64,000 nt of DNA from a bacterium (lineage in GTDB: Bacteria; Spirochaetota; Leptospiria; Leptospirales; Leptonemataceae). Below are positions 27,394 to 37,657 of this stretch, one piece after another. A model generated the notes under the pieces. It made no database searches. It was given only the letters and a program-made list of their open reading frames with translations, and had not been told where the DNA came from. Location of the stretch: positions 570,425 through 634,424 of the forward strand of contig JANSYA010000001.1 in the NCBI GenBank assembly GCA_024742665.1, read 5' to 3'. How positions within the stretch are numbered: position 1 is the stretch's first letter; the number at the start of each line of letters is the position of its first letter. A program made the position numbers and the translations under genes.

Positions 27394-28581
27394 TTACGAT
27401 GCCAGCGCGGCTTCGTACATCTTACGAAAATCTTCGCTCGTAACTTCACGCGGGTTCAGGCTATGGCAGACGTCGAGCTCGGCGTACTTCACAAGCTCGT
27501 CCAGGTCTTCGTTCTTGACGCCTTCGCTTTTTAGTCCGGTCGGCATGCCGACGTCCGCTTTGAGCTGCACGAGCCAGTCGACGAAACCGGCCGGGCTCTC
27601 TTTCGGAGCGCGGACGACTCGCGCCATCTCGGTAAAAATCTTTTCTATTTCGGGACCGGCCTGCGTATTGAATTCCATCGCGTACGAAATCATAATGCCG
27701 TTCGCCAGGCCGTGATGCAGATCGTTTACGGTCGAAAGCGAGTGCGCGAGGCTGTGAGTCACGCCCAGACCCTTTTGAAAAGCTACTGAACCCATCATCG
27801 ATGCGTTCAGCAGCAGGCCGCGGGCGTGGATATGCTCCGGAGTCGGGCCGGTTTTCTCGTTGGCGAAGCGCACGCAGTCGCGCAGGCTCGCTGCCGCCAG
27901 ACGCATGCCTTCCATGGCCAGGCCGTCGCAAAAAGGCTGAAATCCCTTCGCCAGCCGCGCTTCAACGTTGTGAGTCAGCGCGTCCATGCCCGTCGATGCG
28001 GTGACCGCTGCGGGTAAACCCAGAGTCAATTCAGGATCGGCGAAGACCGCGACGGGTAGAATCGCGGGCGAAAAAATGATGCGCTTAAAATGCGTGTCGT
28101 CTTCGGCGATTACTGTGCTGCGGCCGACTTCGCTGCCCGTGCCGGCGGTCGTTGGCAGAGCGACCATCACCGGGATTTTTTCGGCCAGGATCGGGCGCGC
28201 GCCTTCGCGTTCGTCTTCGTAGTCGAAGAGCGTACCTTCGTGATCGACCATCACCGCGACGGCTTTCGCCACATCGATGGCCGCGCCGCCGCCGAGAGCG
28301 ATGATGCTGTCTGCGCCGTGCTCGCGATAGCTTTCGACGCCGGCGGTCACGTCGCTTTCGCAGGGATTGCCGGGGCGTCCGCCGTGCAGGCCGCACATCA
28401 GGCCGTCTTTATTCAGGTCCGCCTGGAATTCTTTGCAGAAGGGCAGGGCGGCGATGGTCGCGTCGGTGATGATGATCGGGCGGTCGACGCCGCGGGCTTT
28501 CATTTCGCGCGCGACCAGGTGCCGTGCCCCCGCTCCGAAAAAGATTTGAGTCGGAAAACTATAGCGATGGATTTCTTTCAT
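27394..28581 (-). CDS. Iron-containing (group III) alcohol dehydrogenase
   Basis: 395 aa. N-terminal GAG…RPIIITD. Fe-ADH signatures GGGAAIDVAKAVAV and the metal-binding His cluster (…THSLAHSLS…HHGLANG…). Confidence 0.85.
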   Translation of the reverse strand: MKEIHRYSFPTQIFFGAGARHLVAREMKARGVDRPIIITDATIAALPFCKEFQADLNKDGLMCGLHGGRPGNPCESDVTAGVESYREHGADSIIALGGGAAIDVAKAVAVMVDHEGTLFDYEDEREGARPILAEKIPVMVALPTTAGTGSEVGRSTVIAEDDTHFKRIIFSPAILPVAVFADPELTLGLPAAVTASTGMDALTHNVEARLAKGFQPFCDGLAMEGMRLAAASLRDCVRFANEKTGPTPEHIHARGLLLNASMMGSVAFQKGLGVTHSLAHSLSTVNDLHHGLANGIMISYAMEFNTQAGPEIEKIFTEMARVVRAPKESPAGFVDWLVQLKADVGMPTGLKSEGVKNEDLDELVKYAELDVCHSLNPREVTSEDFRKMYEAALAS

Positions 28582-28667
28582 AGTAAGTGTGGGGTCGCAG
28601 ACGATTTACGCTGCTGAGCTTTTATACTGCAAAGATCTGAATCTATCCGAACCTTCGGGTGCGCCTC

Positions 28668-30041
28668 TTAAATGATCTCGAAGTAGCGCTTGAGCTCCCA
28701 GTCGGTGACGACCTGACCGGCCTGCTTCCATTCCCAGAATCGGGTGGTCGTGAAGTGTTCGACGAATTCATCGCCGAAGAGCTCTTTCGCGATCGCGGAA
28801 TCCTGCATGAGCTGCGCCGAGTCTCGCAGATTGTTCGCCAGGCGCGGCGCGTCGGTGACTTCGTAGGCGTTGCCGGAAACCGGATCCGCTTTGAGCTCCA
28901 GTTTGTTTTCGATGCCGTACAGGCCCGCAGCCAGATACGCCGCGACCGCCAGATAGGGATTGATGTCGGCGCCGCCGATGCGGCCTTCGACGCGCGTGCT
29001 CTTTTGCGATCCGCGAATTACCCGTAACGACGCCGTGCGATTGTCGACGCCCCAGGTGACGGTGGTCGGGGCCCAGAAGCCTTCGACCAAACGTTTGTAG
29101 CTGTTTACGTTCGGCGCGAGCATCGGTAGAATCTGCGGCAGGCAGTGAATCAATCCGGCCATATACTGGCGAAAGACTTCGCTCATATTATGCGGATCGT
29201 TCGCGTCGTAGAAGGCGCTCGCGGTACCGTCGGCGTTCCACAGGCTCTGGTGTATATGGCCGCTCGATCCGGGCAGCTCGGTATTCCAGCGGGCCATAAA
29301 CGTGGGAATCACGCCGAAGCGGTAGCCGATTTCTTTCGCGGCGGTCTTAAACAACACTCCCCGATCCGCGGCTTCTAAGGCGTCGGCGACGTAAATGCCG
29401 GCTTCATAAACTCCCGGTCCGGTTTCGGTGTGCAGTCCTTCCAGGGGCACGCCGAATTCGCTCATCTCGTCCATCAGGGTTTTGAAATAGGGCTGACCAT
29501 AAGAACTGCGCAGGAGCGAATAGCCGAACATACCCGGCGTGAGCGACTGCAGATTGCGAAAGCCTTTATCGTTCAGGCTCTGGGGCGTTTCCTGAAAATT
29601 AAAAAACTCCAGCTCGATTCCGCACATCGCGCTGAAACCCATGTCGCGGCCTTTTTTGATCACGCGTTTGAGCAGCTGTCGCGGACAGACCGCCAGCCCC
29701 TGGCCGTCGGCGTCGCCGAAGTCGCCGAGAAAAAGCGGCGTGTGATCGTCCCAGGGAATGGTGCGATAGGTGCCTTCGTCGATGCGCGCTTCGGAATCGG
29801 GATAGCCCGTGTGCCAGCCGGTGAATTTGACGTGGTCGTAACATACGTCGGCCGAATCCCAGCCGAAGACCACGTTGCAAAATCCGAAGCCGCCGTCGAG
29901 GGCCGACAGGAATTTATCAACGTGGATGTACTTGCCGCGCATGATGCCGTCAATGTCGGTGATCGCGACTTTGATTTTCTGTGTGCCGGATTTTTTGATT
30001 TCGGTAATGAGTTGTTCGCGCGTGAGTTTGTGTGTGGCCAT
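28668..30041 (-). CDS. Glutamine synthetase family protein (gamma-glutamyl-amine ligase, PuuA-like)
   Basis: 457 aa. GS catalytic-domain motifs (…FGYSLLRSS…, HIHQSLW, NPYLAVAAYLAAGL). First gene of a same-strand operon with Fe-ADH, GATase-hydrolase and ALDH. Confidence 0.8.
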   Translation of the reverse strand: MATHKLTREQLITEIKKSGTQKIKVAITDIDGIMRGKYIHVDKFLSALDGGFGFCNVVFGWDSADVCYDHVKFTGWHTGYPDSEARIDEGTYRTIPWDDHTPLFLGDFGDADGQGLAVCPRQLLKRVIKKGRDMGFSAMCGIELEFFNFQETPQSLNDKGFRNLQSLTPGMFGYSLLRSSYGQPYFKTLMDEMSEFGVPLEGLHTETGPGVYEAGIYVADALEAADRGVLFKTAAKEIGYRFGVIPTFMARWNTELPGSSGHIHQSLWNADGTASAFYDANDPHNMSEVFRQYMAGLIHCLPQILPMLAPNVNSYKRLVEGFWAPTTVTWGVDNRTASLRVIRGSQKSTRVEGRIGGADINPYLAVAAYLAAGLYGIENKLELKADPVSGNAYEVTDAPRLANNLRDSAQLMQDSAIAKELFGDEFVEHFTTTRFWEWKQAGQVVTDWELKRYFEII

Positions 30042-30239
30042 GTGCTTCGCCTGTTAGAAAAATCTGATACTGGAAATTGAAAGAGCGGGATATGAAAATC
30101 GTCTGAATTAAGAGTCAGTGCGGCTCCAATGTGATTCACAGATTTTGGAAGCCGGACCGCGCGATGATTTAAGCCGCGCCAGACCCTGAGTCCCGAATTC
30201 CGGAGGATCTGACCATCTTTTTTTCGGATTCGGCCCGCT

Positions 30240-31091
30240 CTATTTCTGAACGATTCTGTCGTGGCTCCGAGCGAAGTCGTAAAATACGTCTCGGATTTTG
30301 TCGGGCTCGTCGGTCATCAGTCCGTCCGCGCCGCGCTCGAGCAGGCGACGGGCTTCGTCGGCGTCGTTCACCACCCAGTAATCCAATCGCAGCCTCGCGG
30401 CGTGAGCGCGTCGGATCAGACGGGGGCCGTCAAAGCGCACGCGCTGTCCGATCCACCGCCGCAGTCCGCGTCCGCCTTCGCCATGTAAGGGCAGCTGCAG
30501 CGCGTGGCCGGCGATGCTGCGGCGACGCAATAGAAATTCGGGATAGAAACGCAGACGCATGAGGTCCTGTACGGACACGCCGGTTTCGCCCGGATAGCCG
30601 AGGCGCCGCACGTGTCGGATGATCTCGGCGTCGAAGCTGTTTAAGACAACGCGGCCGACCGCGCCACAATCCTGAATCAGGTTGAGCACCTCGCGCACGA
30701 CGTCGATTTCGTGCTGCTTGATGTCGACGTTGATCACCGTTCTCGGAAAGGCGTTCAGCACCGTGCGAAAGAGCGGCGCCTGGTAGGCGCGATTCAGTTT
30801 GCCGAATAAAAATTTTTTGCCGACATTCCAGCTTTGAATTTCGGCGTAGCTGCATTCCGCTACGAGTTTATCGACGCCGGCCATGCGAAAGCCCGTCGCG
30901 TCGTGGTGTACGACGATCTGCCCGTCCGCCGTGCGATGCACATCCATCTCCAGGTGAGTGGCGCCGTCCTTGAGCGCTCGTTCGAAGGCCGGCATCGTAT
31001 TTTCCGGATGAATGCGATTCGCGCCGCGATGGGCATAGAGTCGAAGATCCGGCAGTTTCGTTTCGGAGTGTGGAGCGGGTGCGGGGTTCAT
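30240..31091 (-). CDS. Glycerophosphodiester phosphodiesterase (GDPD/UgpQ family)
   Basis: From the Met of MNPAPAP. GDPD motifs YAHRGANRIHPENTMPAFERA and LEMDVHRTADGQIVVHHD. The ORF-track start at 31271 adds ~60 non-conserved residues. Confidence 0.8.
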   Translation of the reverse strand: MNPAPAPHSETKLPDLRLYAHRGANRIHPENTMPAFERALKDGATHLEMDVHRTADGQIVVHHDATGFRMAGVDKLVAECSYAEIQSWNVGKKFLFGKLNRAYQAPLFRTVLNAFPRTVINVDIKQHEIDVVREVLNLIQDCGAVGRVVLNSFDAEIIRHVRRLGYPGETGVSVQDLMRLRFYPEFLLRRRSIAGHALQLPLHGEGGRGLRRWIGQRVRFDGPRLIRRAHAARLRLDYWVVNDADEARRLLERGADGLMTDEPDKIRDVFYDFARSHDRIVQK

Positions 31092-31343
31092 GCGCGCGTC
31101 ATCAGTTAGAATCATGCAGGACGTTAGAGTCACCGATCGGAAGCAATTTTTTCGGATCCCGCTCGCATCGCCATGAAAAAAACGACGGTTGGTGAAGATT
31201 TGTCGTTTTGCTTTCGTCGAATATCTGGTTTGGCCTTCCAGACCCCCCGCGACTGAATGAAGGCGTTGCACAGGATTGTCCGGGAATCCCGCGCGCGTAT
31301 TCGAATCAGCGTGTATATTTTCGATTTTTTGAGGGGTTGATTT

Positions 31344-32657
31344 ATGAGTACCACAGACAACGAGTATCGCGTGCAGAATTATGTACGGCGACGCAAAAAA
31401 CTGAGCGGTTTGATTTTCGAAACGGCGCTACCAAACGAATATCTTGTTCGCATGGGCACCGGAAAACCGCAGCCGATCCTGGGCGGCCGCAAGCTGCGCT
31501 TCTTCGGAATGCGGCGGTATCTACGAATTCCGGCATCGGTACAGACTTTAGAATTCGCGACCGACAACGCGAATATTCATTTCCAGGGATTGGGAATCGA
31601 AGGTTTCGCCGCCTGGCAGATCAATGCACAGAATCCGGTCCAGGCGCTCACGACGCTCGACCTCTTCGACGAAAACGATCCGATGGGTCGCACCAATCAC
31701 GAACTGCGCACGATTTGCGTGGAAGCAGTGCGCCACGTGATCGCCAATATGACCATCGAAGATGCGCATCGTAAGAAAGAGGAGATTGCGCGTGAGTTAA
31801 AGAAACAATTGCAGCAGGTTGAAAAAAACTGGGGCATCGTCTTTCACCAGGTCGGCATTCGCAGCGTGAAAGTGATGTCCACTTCCGTCTTTCACGACTT
31901 GCAGGCGAAGTATCGCAACGAGCTGCGGCTGGAGTCCGAACGCACGCAGGTGCAAACCGATCGCGAAATCGAGCAGGAAAAGAATCAGGTGCGCGAAGTC
32001 AGCGAGATGGAACGCCTGGCCACGGACCATAAGCTGGAAAGCGCCAGCCAGGAACAGTTGGCTAAGCGGCGGGAAGTGGCGATGAACGACGAGCAACGCT
32101 TTCAGATGACTGAGCTGCAGAATCATTCGGAGCTGGAAAAAAATCGCCTGCAAGAGGAGCAGAATCGCAAACTTCAGGAGCAGGTCAACAGTAGCGCTCT
32201 GCATCGCGAAGAGCTGGAAGGGGCCCGCGAAACGGCGGAACTCGAGCACGAAGTGGAACAGCGCCGGTTGGAACTCGAAGTCCAACGCAAGCGCGAACTG
32301 GAGCTGCAGCTGAAAGAACTGGAAGTGCGTAGCAAGGAAATGGAGGAGCGGATCATGGAGATCGACCTCAAGGCCGAACGCGTTCAGCGCGAAATCAGCC
32401 AGCACTACAGTCCGGAGTATCTACGCGCTCGCGCCATTGAAACTCTGCCGAAAGTCGCCGCGGAGATGAAAGTCGATCGCTATACCGTTTGGGATTCGGG
32501 CGGAGCCGGCGGAGCAAGTGTCTCCCCGCTGAGCCGTACGATTCAGGAAGTCGTTTCGATTCTGGGCGATAGCGAATTCGCGGGACTGTTTCAAACTGCG
32601 CTGGGTGCGAAACTCAAAGGCGGCGGCGAAAGCCCGGAGCCGTCCGGCAAAGATTGA
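31344..32657 (+). CDS. Flotillin-like SPFH/band-7 domain protein with long coiled-coil
   Basis: 437 aa. N-terminal SPFH-like fold region followed by a highly charged heptad region rich in E/R/K/Q/L (…ELEHEVEQRRLELEVQRKRELELQLKELEVRSKEMEER…), as in flotillins/YqiK. Confidence 0.55.
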   Translation: MSTTDNEYRVQNYVRRRKKLSGLIFETALPNEYLVRMGTGKPQPILGGRKLRFFGMRRYLRIPASVQTLEFATDNANIHFQGLGIEGFAAWQINAQNPVQALTTLDLFDENDPMGRTNHELRTICVEAVRHVIANMTIEDAHRKKEEIARELKKQLQQVEKNWGIVFHQVGIRSVKVMSTSVFHDLQAKYRNELRLESERTQVQTDREIEQEKNQVREVSEMERLATDHKLESASQEQLAKRREVAMNDEQRFQMTELQNHSELEKNRLQEEQNRKLQEQVNSSALHREELEGARETAELEHEVEQRRLELEVQRKRELELQLKELEVRSKEMEERIMEIDLKAERVQREISQHYSPEYLRARAIETLPKVAAEMKVDRYTVWDSGGAGGASVSPLSRTIQEVVSILGDSEFAGLFQTALGAKLKGGGESPEPSGKD

Positions 32658-32777
32658 AATCGCGATCTTGATTTGCATCGCGAGCGAATGGCCGCGTCGT
32701 CCTTTTGGGGCGGCGCGGTTTTTTTAGCCACGGATTCCACGAATGCCACGCCATCGGAGCAATCCGTGGCCGGGCCC

Positions 32778-33545
32778 TCAGTCTGAGCTTACCCGCATCG
32801 CCAGGGCGTAAAAGCGCGCAATTGGATAGATCGAAATCGCGCTGAAGATATGCCACAGAGCGTGACCCTGCCAGAGATGATCTTCGGGGTCGCACCAGTT
32901 GCGGCTGAAGTCGAGATAAGAGCAGTACGCGGCGAGTCCCATCAGGGCGAGCCCCGCCGACCACCAGAGATAGCGGCCGTCGCCGTTGGTTCCATAGAAT
33001 GCGTGATTGCGTCGCAATAAAAATACGACGGCTTCGCTGCCGAGAATCGCGACGATATTCCAGGTGACGATCGCCTGGATCGGGATATCCAGAGCGGGGA
33101 CATAAAACAACAGCCAGAAATTCAGCGCGATCAGGACGCCGTATAAAATCGTATGGCCGCGCACATTCGAAACGACGCCCAGTCGCCGCAGATTCCAGGC
33201 GATCAGCAGCGATGTATAAAAGAACATGCCGTAGAAATCGAAGAGCTGGCTGATATAATTATTCGTGGCGTGATAGATCAGCGAAAGCGCGCCCATCATA
33301 AAGACGACGATGCCGAGTTCGCGGAGCTGATAGCCCGGGCGGGAACCGCCGGAGCGATAGCGCCAGGCGACAATCACCGCCACAATCAAATAGGCGACAT
33401 TGCTGAAAGTATTCGCCGGTTCTTCGACGTGTCCGCAAAGGCGTTCTTCGCACCACTTAACGTTGGGCGGTCCGTAGGTTTCGCGGTACTCATCGTACGG
33501 ACATTGTTCGACGGGGAATTCACCAGACATGGACATGATCAGAGA
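32778..33545 (-). CDS. Alkaline ceramidase (ACER/CREST superfamily) homologue, 7-TM hydrolase
   Basis: Start at MSMSGEFP. N-terminal VKWCEERLCGHVEEPANTFSNVAYL matches the ACER DWCE…NT.SN motif. Multiple TM helices and C-terminal HALWHIFSA His pair. Confidence 0.55.
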   Translation of the reverse strand, partial: SLIMSMSGEFPVEQCPYDEYRETYGPPNVKWCEERLCGHVEEPANTFSNVAYLIVAVIVAWRYRSGGSRPGYQLRELGIVVFMMGALSLIYHATNNYISQLFDFYGMFFYTSLLIAWNLRRLGVVSNVRGHTILYGVLIALNFWLLFYVPALDIPIQAIVTWNIVAILGSEAVVFLLRRNHAFYGTNGDGRYLWWSAGLALMGLAAYCSYLDFSRNWCDPEDHLWQGHALWHIFSAISIYPIARFYALAMRVSSD

Positions 33546-33747
33546 CCATGCGAAGCGGAGCGCAAGTAGAATAATCGTTCCGATGGGACCGGGCGGACAG
33601 AGAAATCGCAATCGCCAGCGGCTGGCTATGCAGGAGCGCCAGCGGACGAAGCGCGCTTTTTCCGCACACAAAAAAGAGGAAGCCTTCCGACTTCCCCTTC
33701 TCGAAGATCAGCCGACGCAAGCATCGGCCATTCTTTTAATCTTAATC

Positions 33748-35019
33748 TTATTCCTGGCCGATTACGAAGGTCATGTTCGTCGTGGCGCTGCCGCCGATGT
33801 TGAGCATGATGCCGTTCTTCGAACCTTCCACCTGGTAGCCGCCGGCCTGGCCGGTAACCTGCTTGTGGATGTCGAGGGCCATGCGAACGCCGGAAGCGCC
33901 CACGGGGTGACCCGCGCCGATCAGACCGCCGCTCGGATTGATCGGCTTCTTACCGGTCCGGGCGATGGTGCCGTCTTCAATCGCCTGATGTTCTTCGCCC
34001 GGCTTCGTAATGCCGAAGGCGGAGATGGCGGCGTATTCGCTGGAAGTAAAGCAGTCGTGAGTTTCGATGACGTCCATCTGGTCGATGTCGAGACCGGCGC
34101 GATCGTACGCATCTTTTACAGCCTGGCGCGTCCAGGGCAGGATATAGTCGTTGCCTTTGGACTCAGCGACTTTGTTTACGAACTGCATCGGAGCGACGCG
34201 ATGGCCCCAGCCTTTGAGTACGGACATGCTTTCCAGTTTCTTGCCGGACTTTTTGGCGAACTCTTTCGCGTACTCGGGGCTCGCGATGACCATCAGCGCC
34301 GCGCCGTCGGTAACCTGCGAACAGTCGGTGATCGCCAGACGACCGCCGACGGCCATGTTGTAATCGCCGCCGCGGGTATTGGCGTGCTCTTTGTTCATGA
34401 ACCAGGAGCGCGTTTGCGCCCGCGGGTTGGTCTTCGCGTTGTCGTAATTAATCCGCGAGATTTCCGCGAAGCCTTCCATGATACGGTCTTCTTTGACGTG
34501 GCTGTTGCGCTCGACGATTACGTCGGCCAGCTTGCCGAATAATTTCGGAAACGGAAACTCAATGCCCTTCGCTTCTTTTTCGTAGTAGGCGGCCGTGCCC
34601 AGGAAATCGCCGCCGACCGCGGAGTTGACGGTCTTCATCACTTCGAGACCGACGATGATGCAGACGTCGTAGTCTCCAGCGCGGATTTTCGTACCGGCCG
34701 CGTCAAGTGCCACCGAACCAGAGGCGCAGGCCGCTTCGTAGCGTCCGCCCGGCACGCCGTAAAACGCGGGATGCACTTCGGTCAGGAAGGCGCCCAGGTG
34801 ACCCTGGTTCGCGTACTGCTCGGCGTCGAAATTGCCGACGAAAACGCCCACGCGGTTTTCTTTGTTCAAACGTTTGATTTCATCGTAGTCCAGGCCGACT
34901 GCCGCCAGGCCGTCTTCGACGATTTCGCGAAACATGGATACGAAGGTCTTGCCTTCTTTGGTCCAGTTGCGCTGGAAGTCGGTCTGAGCCCCGCCCAGAA
35001 TGTAAGGTTTGATACTCAT
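33748..35019 (-). CDS. Thiolase-like protein (SCP2-type / nonspecific lipid-transfer thiolase)
   Basis: 423 aa. Thiolase fold with active-site Cys context (…[16 protein letters not shown]…) and a C-terminal [15 protein letters not shown]-type Gly-rich loop. Confidence 0.7.
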   Translation of the reverse strand: MSIKPYILGGAQTDFQRNWTKEGKTFVSMFREIVEDGLAAVGLDYDEIKRLNKENRVGVFVGNFDAEQYANQGHLGAFLTEVHPAFYGVPGGRYEAACASGSVALDAAGTKIRAGDYDVCIIVGLEVMKTVNSAVGGDFLGTAAYYEKEAKGIEFPFPKLFGKLADVIVERNSHVKEDRIMEGFAEISRINYDNAKTNPRAQTRSWFMNKEHANTRGGDYNMAVGGRLAITDCSQVTDGAALMVIASPEYAKEFAKKSGKKLESMSVLKGWGHRVAPMQFVNKVAESKGNDYILPWTRQAVKDAYDRAGLDIDQMDVIETHDCFTSSEYAAISAFGITKPGEEHQAIEDGTIARTGKKPINPSGGLIGAGHPVGASGVRMALDIHKQVTGQAGGYQVEGSKNGIMLNIGGSATTNMTFVIGQE

Positions 35020-35367
35020 AATTGCCTCTCCGATATTAGAACACGAAAACCAATCGAACCGCTGAAATCCCGCCGGCTCGATGTCGTTCGTCGCACTTGA
35101 TCACACTATATATAGATGAAAGTCCGCCGGATGCGTTACGAAAAGCGATCCAGTGCTCCATCCGATTTTGCGGGAGGTCAGAGTATATTCAGCGGGTTCT
35201 CCGGCAATCAAATTCTCCCGGGACCGCCGGGCCGAAGTCACGCCAACTGCCGATCAGAATTGCAGCAGCACTGAAAAAGGCGGGCCCGCGGCAGTTGAAA
35301 ACCGCCCCGGTGCCCGCCGCCGGAAGATTGTGTTCCGTAAATCAACAGATAGAATGATGCAAGCGCT

Positions 35368-36780
35368 GTGCCTCTGAGGGTCTGCCGGTATGGACGGATA
35401 TGCGGTCCATTCTGCGCCGGGGCCTGCCAGAGTGGCAGCGATGCGCCAATCCGTCGGAGTCGATCGGAGCCGGGTGTCGACTCTGGCAGACTTCCGCAGA
35501 TCCGTCAAGGCGCGGGCGTTCCAGGAATTGTTTTGACGTGCTCCCGGCGAGGGCGGGAATGCGTTGTGTTTCGTATTGCAAATTATGCGGCGCGGTATGC
35601 GGCGCGGCACTGGATTCCGGCGTTTGCGCTGTGTGGACTGACGATCGGCTGCGGGCAGATTGTCGGTTCGCTTACGGCCGAAGCCCGCGAGCCGATGAAA
35701 TTGCCCGTGGAATTTCGCGTGGCCGAATCCCACGCGAATCTATTCGCGCCCCTGGCCGGACGCCGTTCAATTCCCCGCAATAATCTGGACGCCGCCTTCG
35801 GCGCGATGCTGGAACACGGCGACGCCTACTGTGCGATGCTGTATCGCCAGCAGAAATTCGACCGGACCGCCGCCGCGAAGTTTATCGAAAGCGATCGTCT
35901 GGACGCCTTTCGCGCGTCGCATCGGTCCAGCTATGTCAGCAAGCTGATCGCGGGCTGCTTTAACTTTTTTATTATGAACGATATCCGGCCTTTCCTGGAT
36001 TTCGAATTGGCCCGGTCGCTCTATCCGGATTTTAGCTACGATTGCTATAGCGTTGGCTTCATGCAGCCCTATATCATGCACAATATCCTCGGCTGCGATA
36101 CTCTACAGATGCTCGACATCGACTGGCGCATTCACGCGGCCCACTGGCAGCTGCTGCGCATGTACGGCGAAGGCGCCTTCGGCGATCGCAAAGCGGCCCT
36201 CGCCGCGATCAAAAAATTGGAACTGGGGTGGATCGCGTTTTCCGGACCGCTCAAACGACGCAATGCCGTGGGGCTCGCGACTCTGTGTCGTCGCAATCAG
36301 GAATTGTGCCTGGACCATCTCGTGCGCTTCCAGGCCGGAGTCCGGCGGCTGGACGGCGTGCGTCTGGATCTCGCGGCCCTGCACGACGGCGAGTTTCGCA
36401 TAAGCGATTCATCTTCTCGTGGAGACGGCGAAAGCGCCGATTTGAAAATCGTTTATTTGAGCAACGCGATCGAAGGCGTGTATACGACGCGGGCCCAGTT
36501 CAATCTATTGCTTGCGCGGGTCGCCGGAAGTCTGCCGGAGAACGGCCGTGCGATTTATATCTATCACGCCGCGGGTACGCGCTCGCTTGGTTTCTATGAG
36601 CAGCGGCGCACCGATGACACTGTCGCCGGCTACGAAATCAAAACCGTGTGCAAGGACGAGTATCGCCGTCGCGACGCGAACAACGAACTGGAAAGCTATA
36701 CGACCCACTTCGAACGCATCAGCCCGACGAAACGCCCCGGATCGTGCCAGGCCGCCCTGCGTCGCGCGAAGCTGATTTAA
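35368..36780 (+). CDS. Hypothetical protein, possibly secreted/lipoprotein
   Basis: 470-aa ORF with no recognisable motifs. A possible signal peptide …RHWIPAFALCGLTIGC appears if translation starts at an upstream GTG. Start uncertain. Confidence 0.35.
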   Translation: MPLRVCRYGRICGPFCAGACQSGSDAPIRRSRSEPGVDSGRLPQIRQGAGVPGIVLTCSRRGRECVVFRIANYAARYAARHWIPAFALCGLTIGCGQIVGSLTAEAREPMKLPVEFRVAESHANLFAPLAGRRSIPRNNLDAAFGAMLEHGDAYCAMLYRQQKFDRTAAAKFIESDRLDAFRASHRSSYVSKLIAGCFNFFIMNDIRPFLDFELARSLYPDFSYDCYSVGFMQPYIMHNILGCDTLQMLDIDWRIHAAHWQLLRMYGEGAFGDRKAALAAIKKLELGWIAFSGPLKRRNAVGLATLCRRNQELCLDHLVRFQAGVRRLDGVRLDLAALHDGEFRISDSSSRGDGESADLKIVYLSNAIEGVYTTRAQFNLLLARVAGSLPENGRAIYIYHAAGTRSLGFYEQRRTDDTVAGYEIKTVCKDEYRRRDANNELESYTTHFERISPTKRPGSCQAALRRAKLI

Positions 36781-36880
36781 GTGATGCCGCGCGAAAGCGA
36801 TCCTGAAAACGGCGATCCCGTATTAAGCGAAATAGAATTCGGTGAAATAGAATTCGGCGAAAAAAATAGCCGGCGATGAA

Positions 36881-37654
36881 TCAGGAATGTCCGGCCCGGC
36901 TCAGGCTCAATAAAGTAGTCGAGCGCTCACGAATGCCTTCGATGTCGACATAGACCGGCACCCGGTACTCCGCCACAATGCTGATGTCCAGTCCGTCCGC
37001 GTTTTTATCGTTCGCCTGCGGTCGATGCGTTCTTCCCGGATCCGCCAGCAGGTTGCGCTGATTGAATGCCAGAGATCTGCGCACCAGTTGCAGCGCGTCG
37101 CTTGCGAATTGCTCTTCGTAAAAGACGTCGCCGGCGATTAAGACATCGAAGCCGTTTAAGAAATCATCGCTTAGTTTCAAGACGTCGCCGACCAGCCATT
37201 CGCACCGCGCCGCTACATCGTTCGCCTGCGCCGTGCGCTCCGCGAGCTTCGGCCCCATCGGATCCAGATCGATGCCCGTGACAGTCGCCCCGACTTTCGC
37301 CGCCGCGACCGCCGCCAGACCGCTGCCCGTCGCGACGTCCAGCGTCCGCAGACCGCGAAATTCATCGGGATGATCGAGAATATAACGGGCCAGGGCGCGG
37401 CTGCCCGGCCAGACAATGCCCCAGAAGGGTAGGGGCGTCATCGCGTCAGCCCGTTCGCAGCTCATCTTCCAGAGATCGTTTAAGCGGCGCGTATTATAGG
37501 CCTGGAGTTCGGGCGCCAGCAGATCGGGGGCGAGGGCCGCGAAGTCTCGCATATATTCCGCCAGGAAATCTTCGCACAGACTTTCGTCGAAGCGCGCGGT
37601 GTACCCGCGAGGCCCGCCGGTCGGTCCGTTTCGATTATTTCGGCGGCGCTTCAT
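36881..37654 (-). CDS. Class I SAM-dependent methyltransferase (Methyltransf_16 / METTL21-like)
   Basis: 257 aa; SAM motif I LRTLDVATGSGLAAVAAAKVGATVTGIDLD and an acidic post-I residue. No specific substrate is inferable. Confidence 0.65.
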   Translation of the reverse strand: MKRRRNNRNGPTGGPRGYTARFDESLCEDFLAEYMRDFAALAPDLLAPELQAYNTRRLNDLWKMSCERADAMTPLPFWGIVWPGSRALARYILDHPDEFRGLRTLDVATGSGLAAVAAAKVGATVTGIDLDPMGPKLAERTAQANDVAARCEWLVGDVLKLSDDFLNGFDVLIAGDVFYEEQFASDALQLVRRSLAFNQRNLLADPGRTHRPQANDKNADGLDISIVAEYRVPVYVDIEGIRERSTTLLSLSRAGHS

Positions 37655-37657
37655 CTT

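Noticed and set aside
36829-36857. Tandem gaaatagaattcgg ×2 between convergent genes as a mobile-element end
   Set aside because: Only two 14-bp copies, with no flanking inverted repeats or transposase. Probably slippage in a terminator region.
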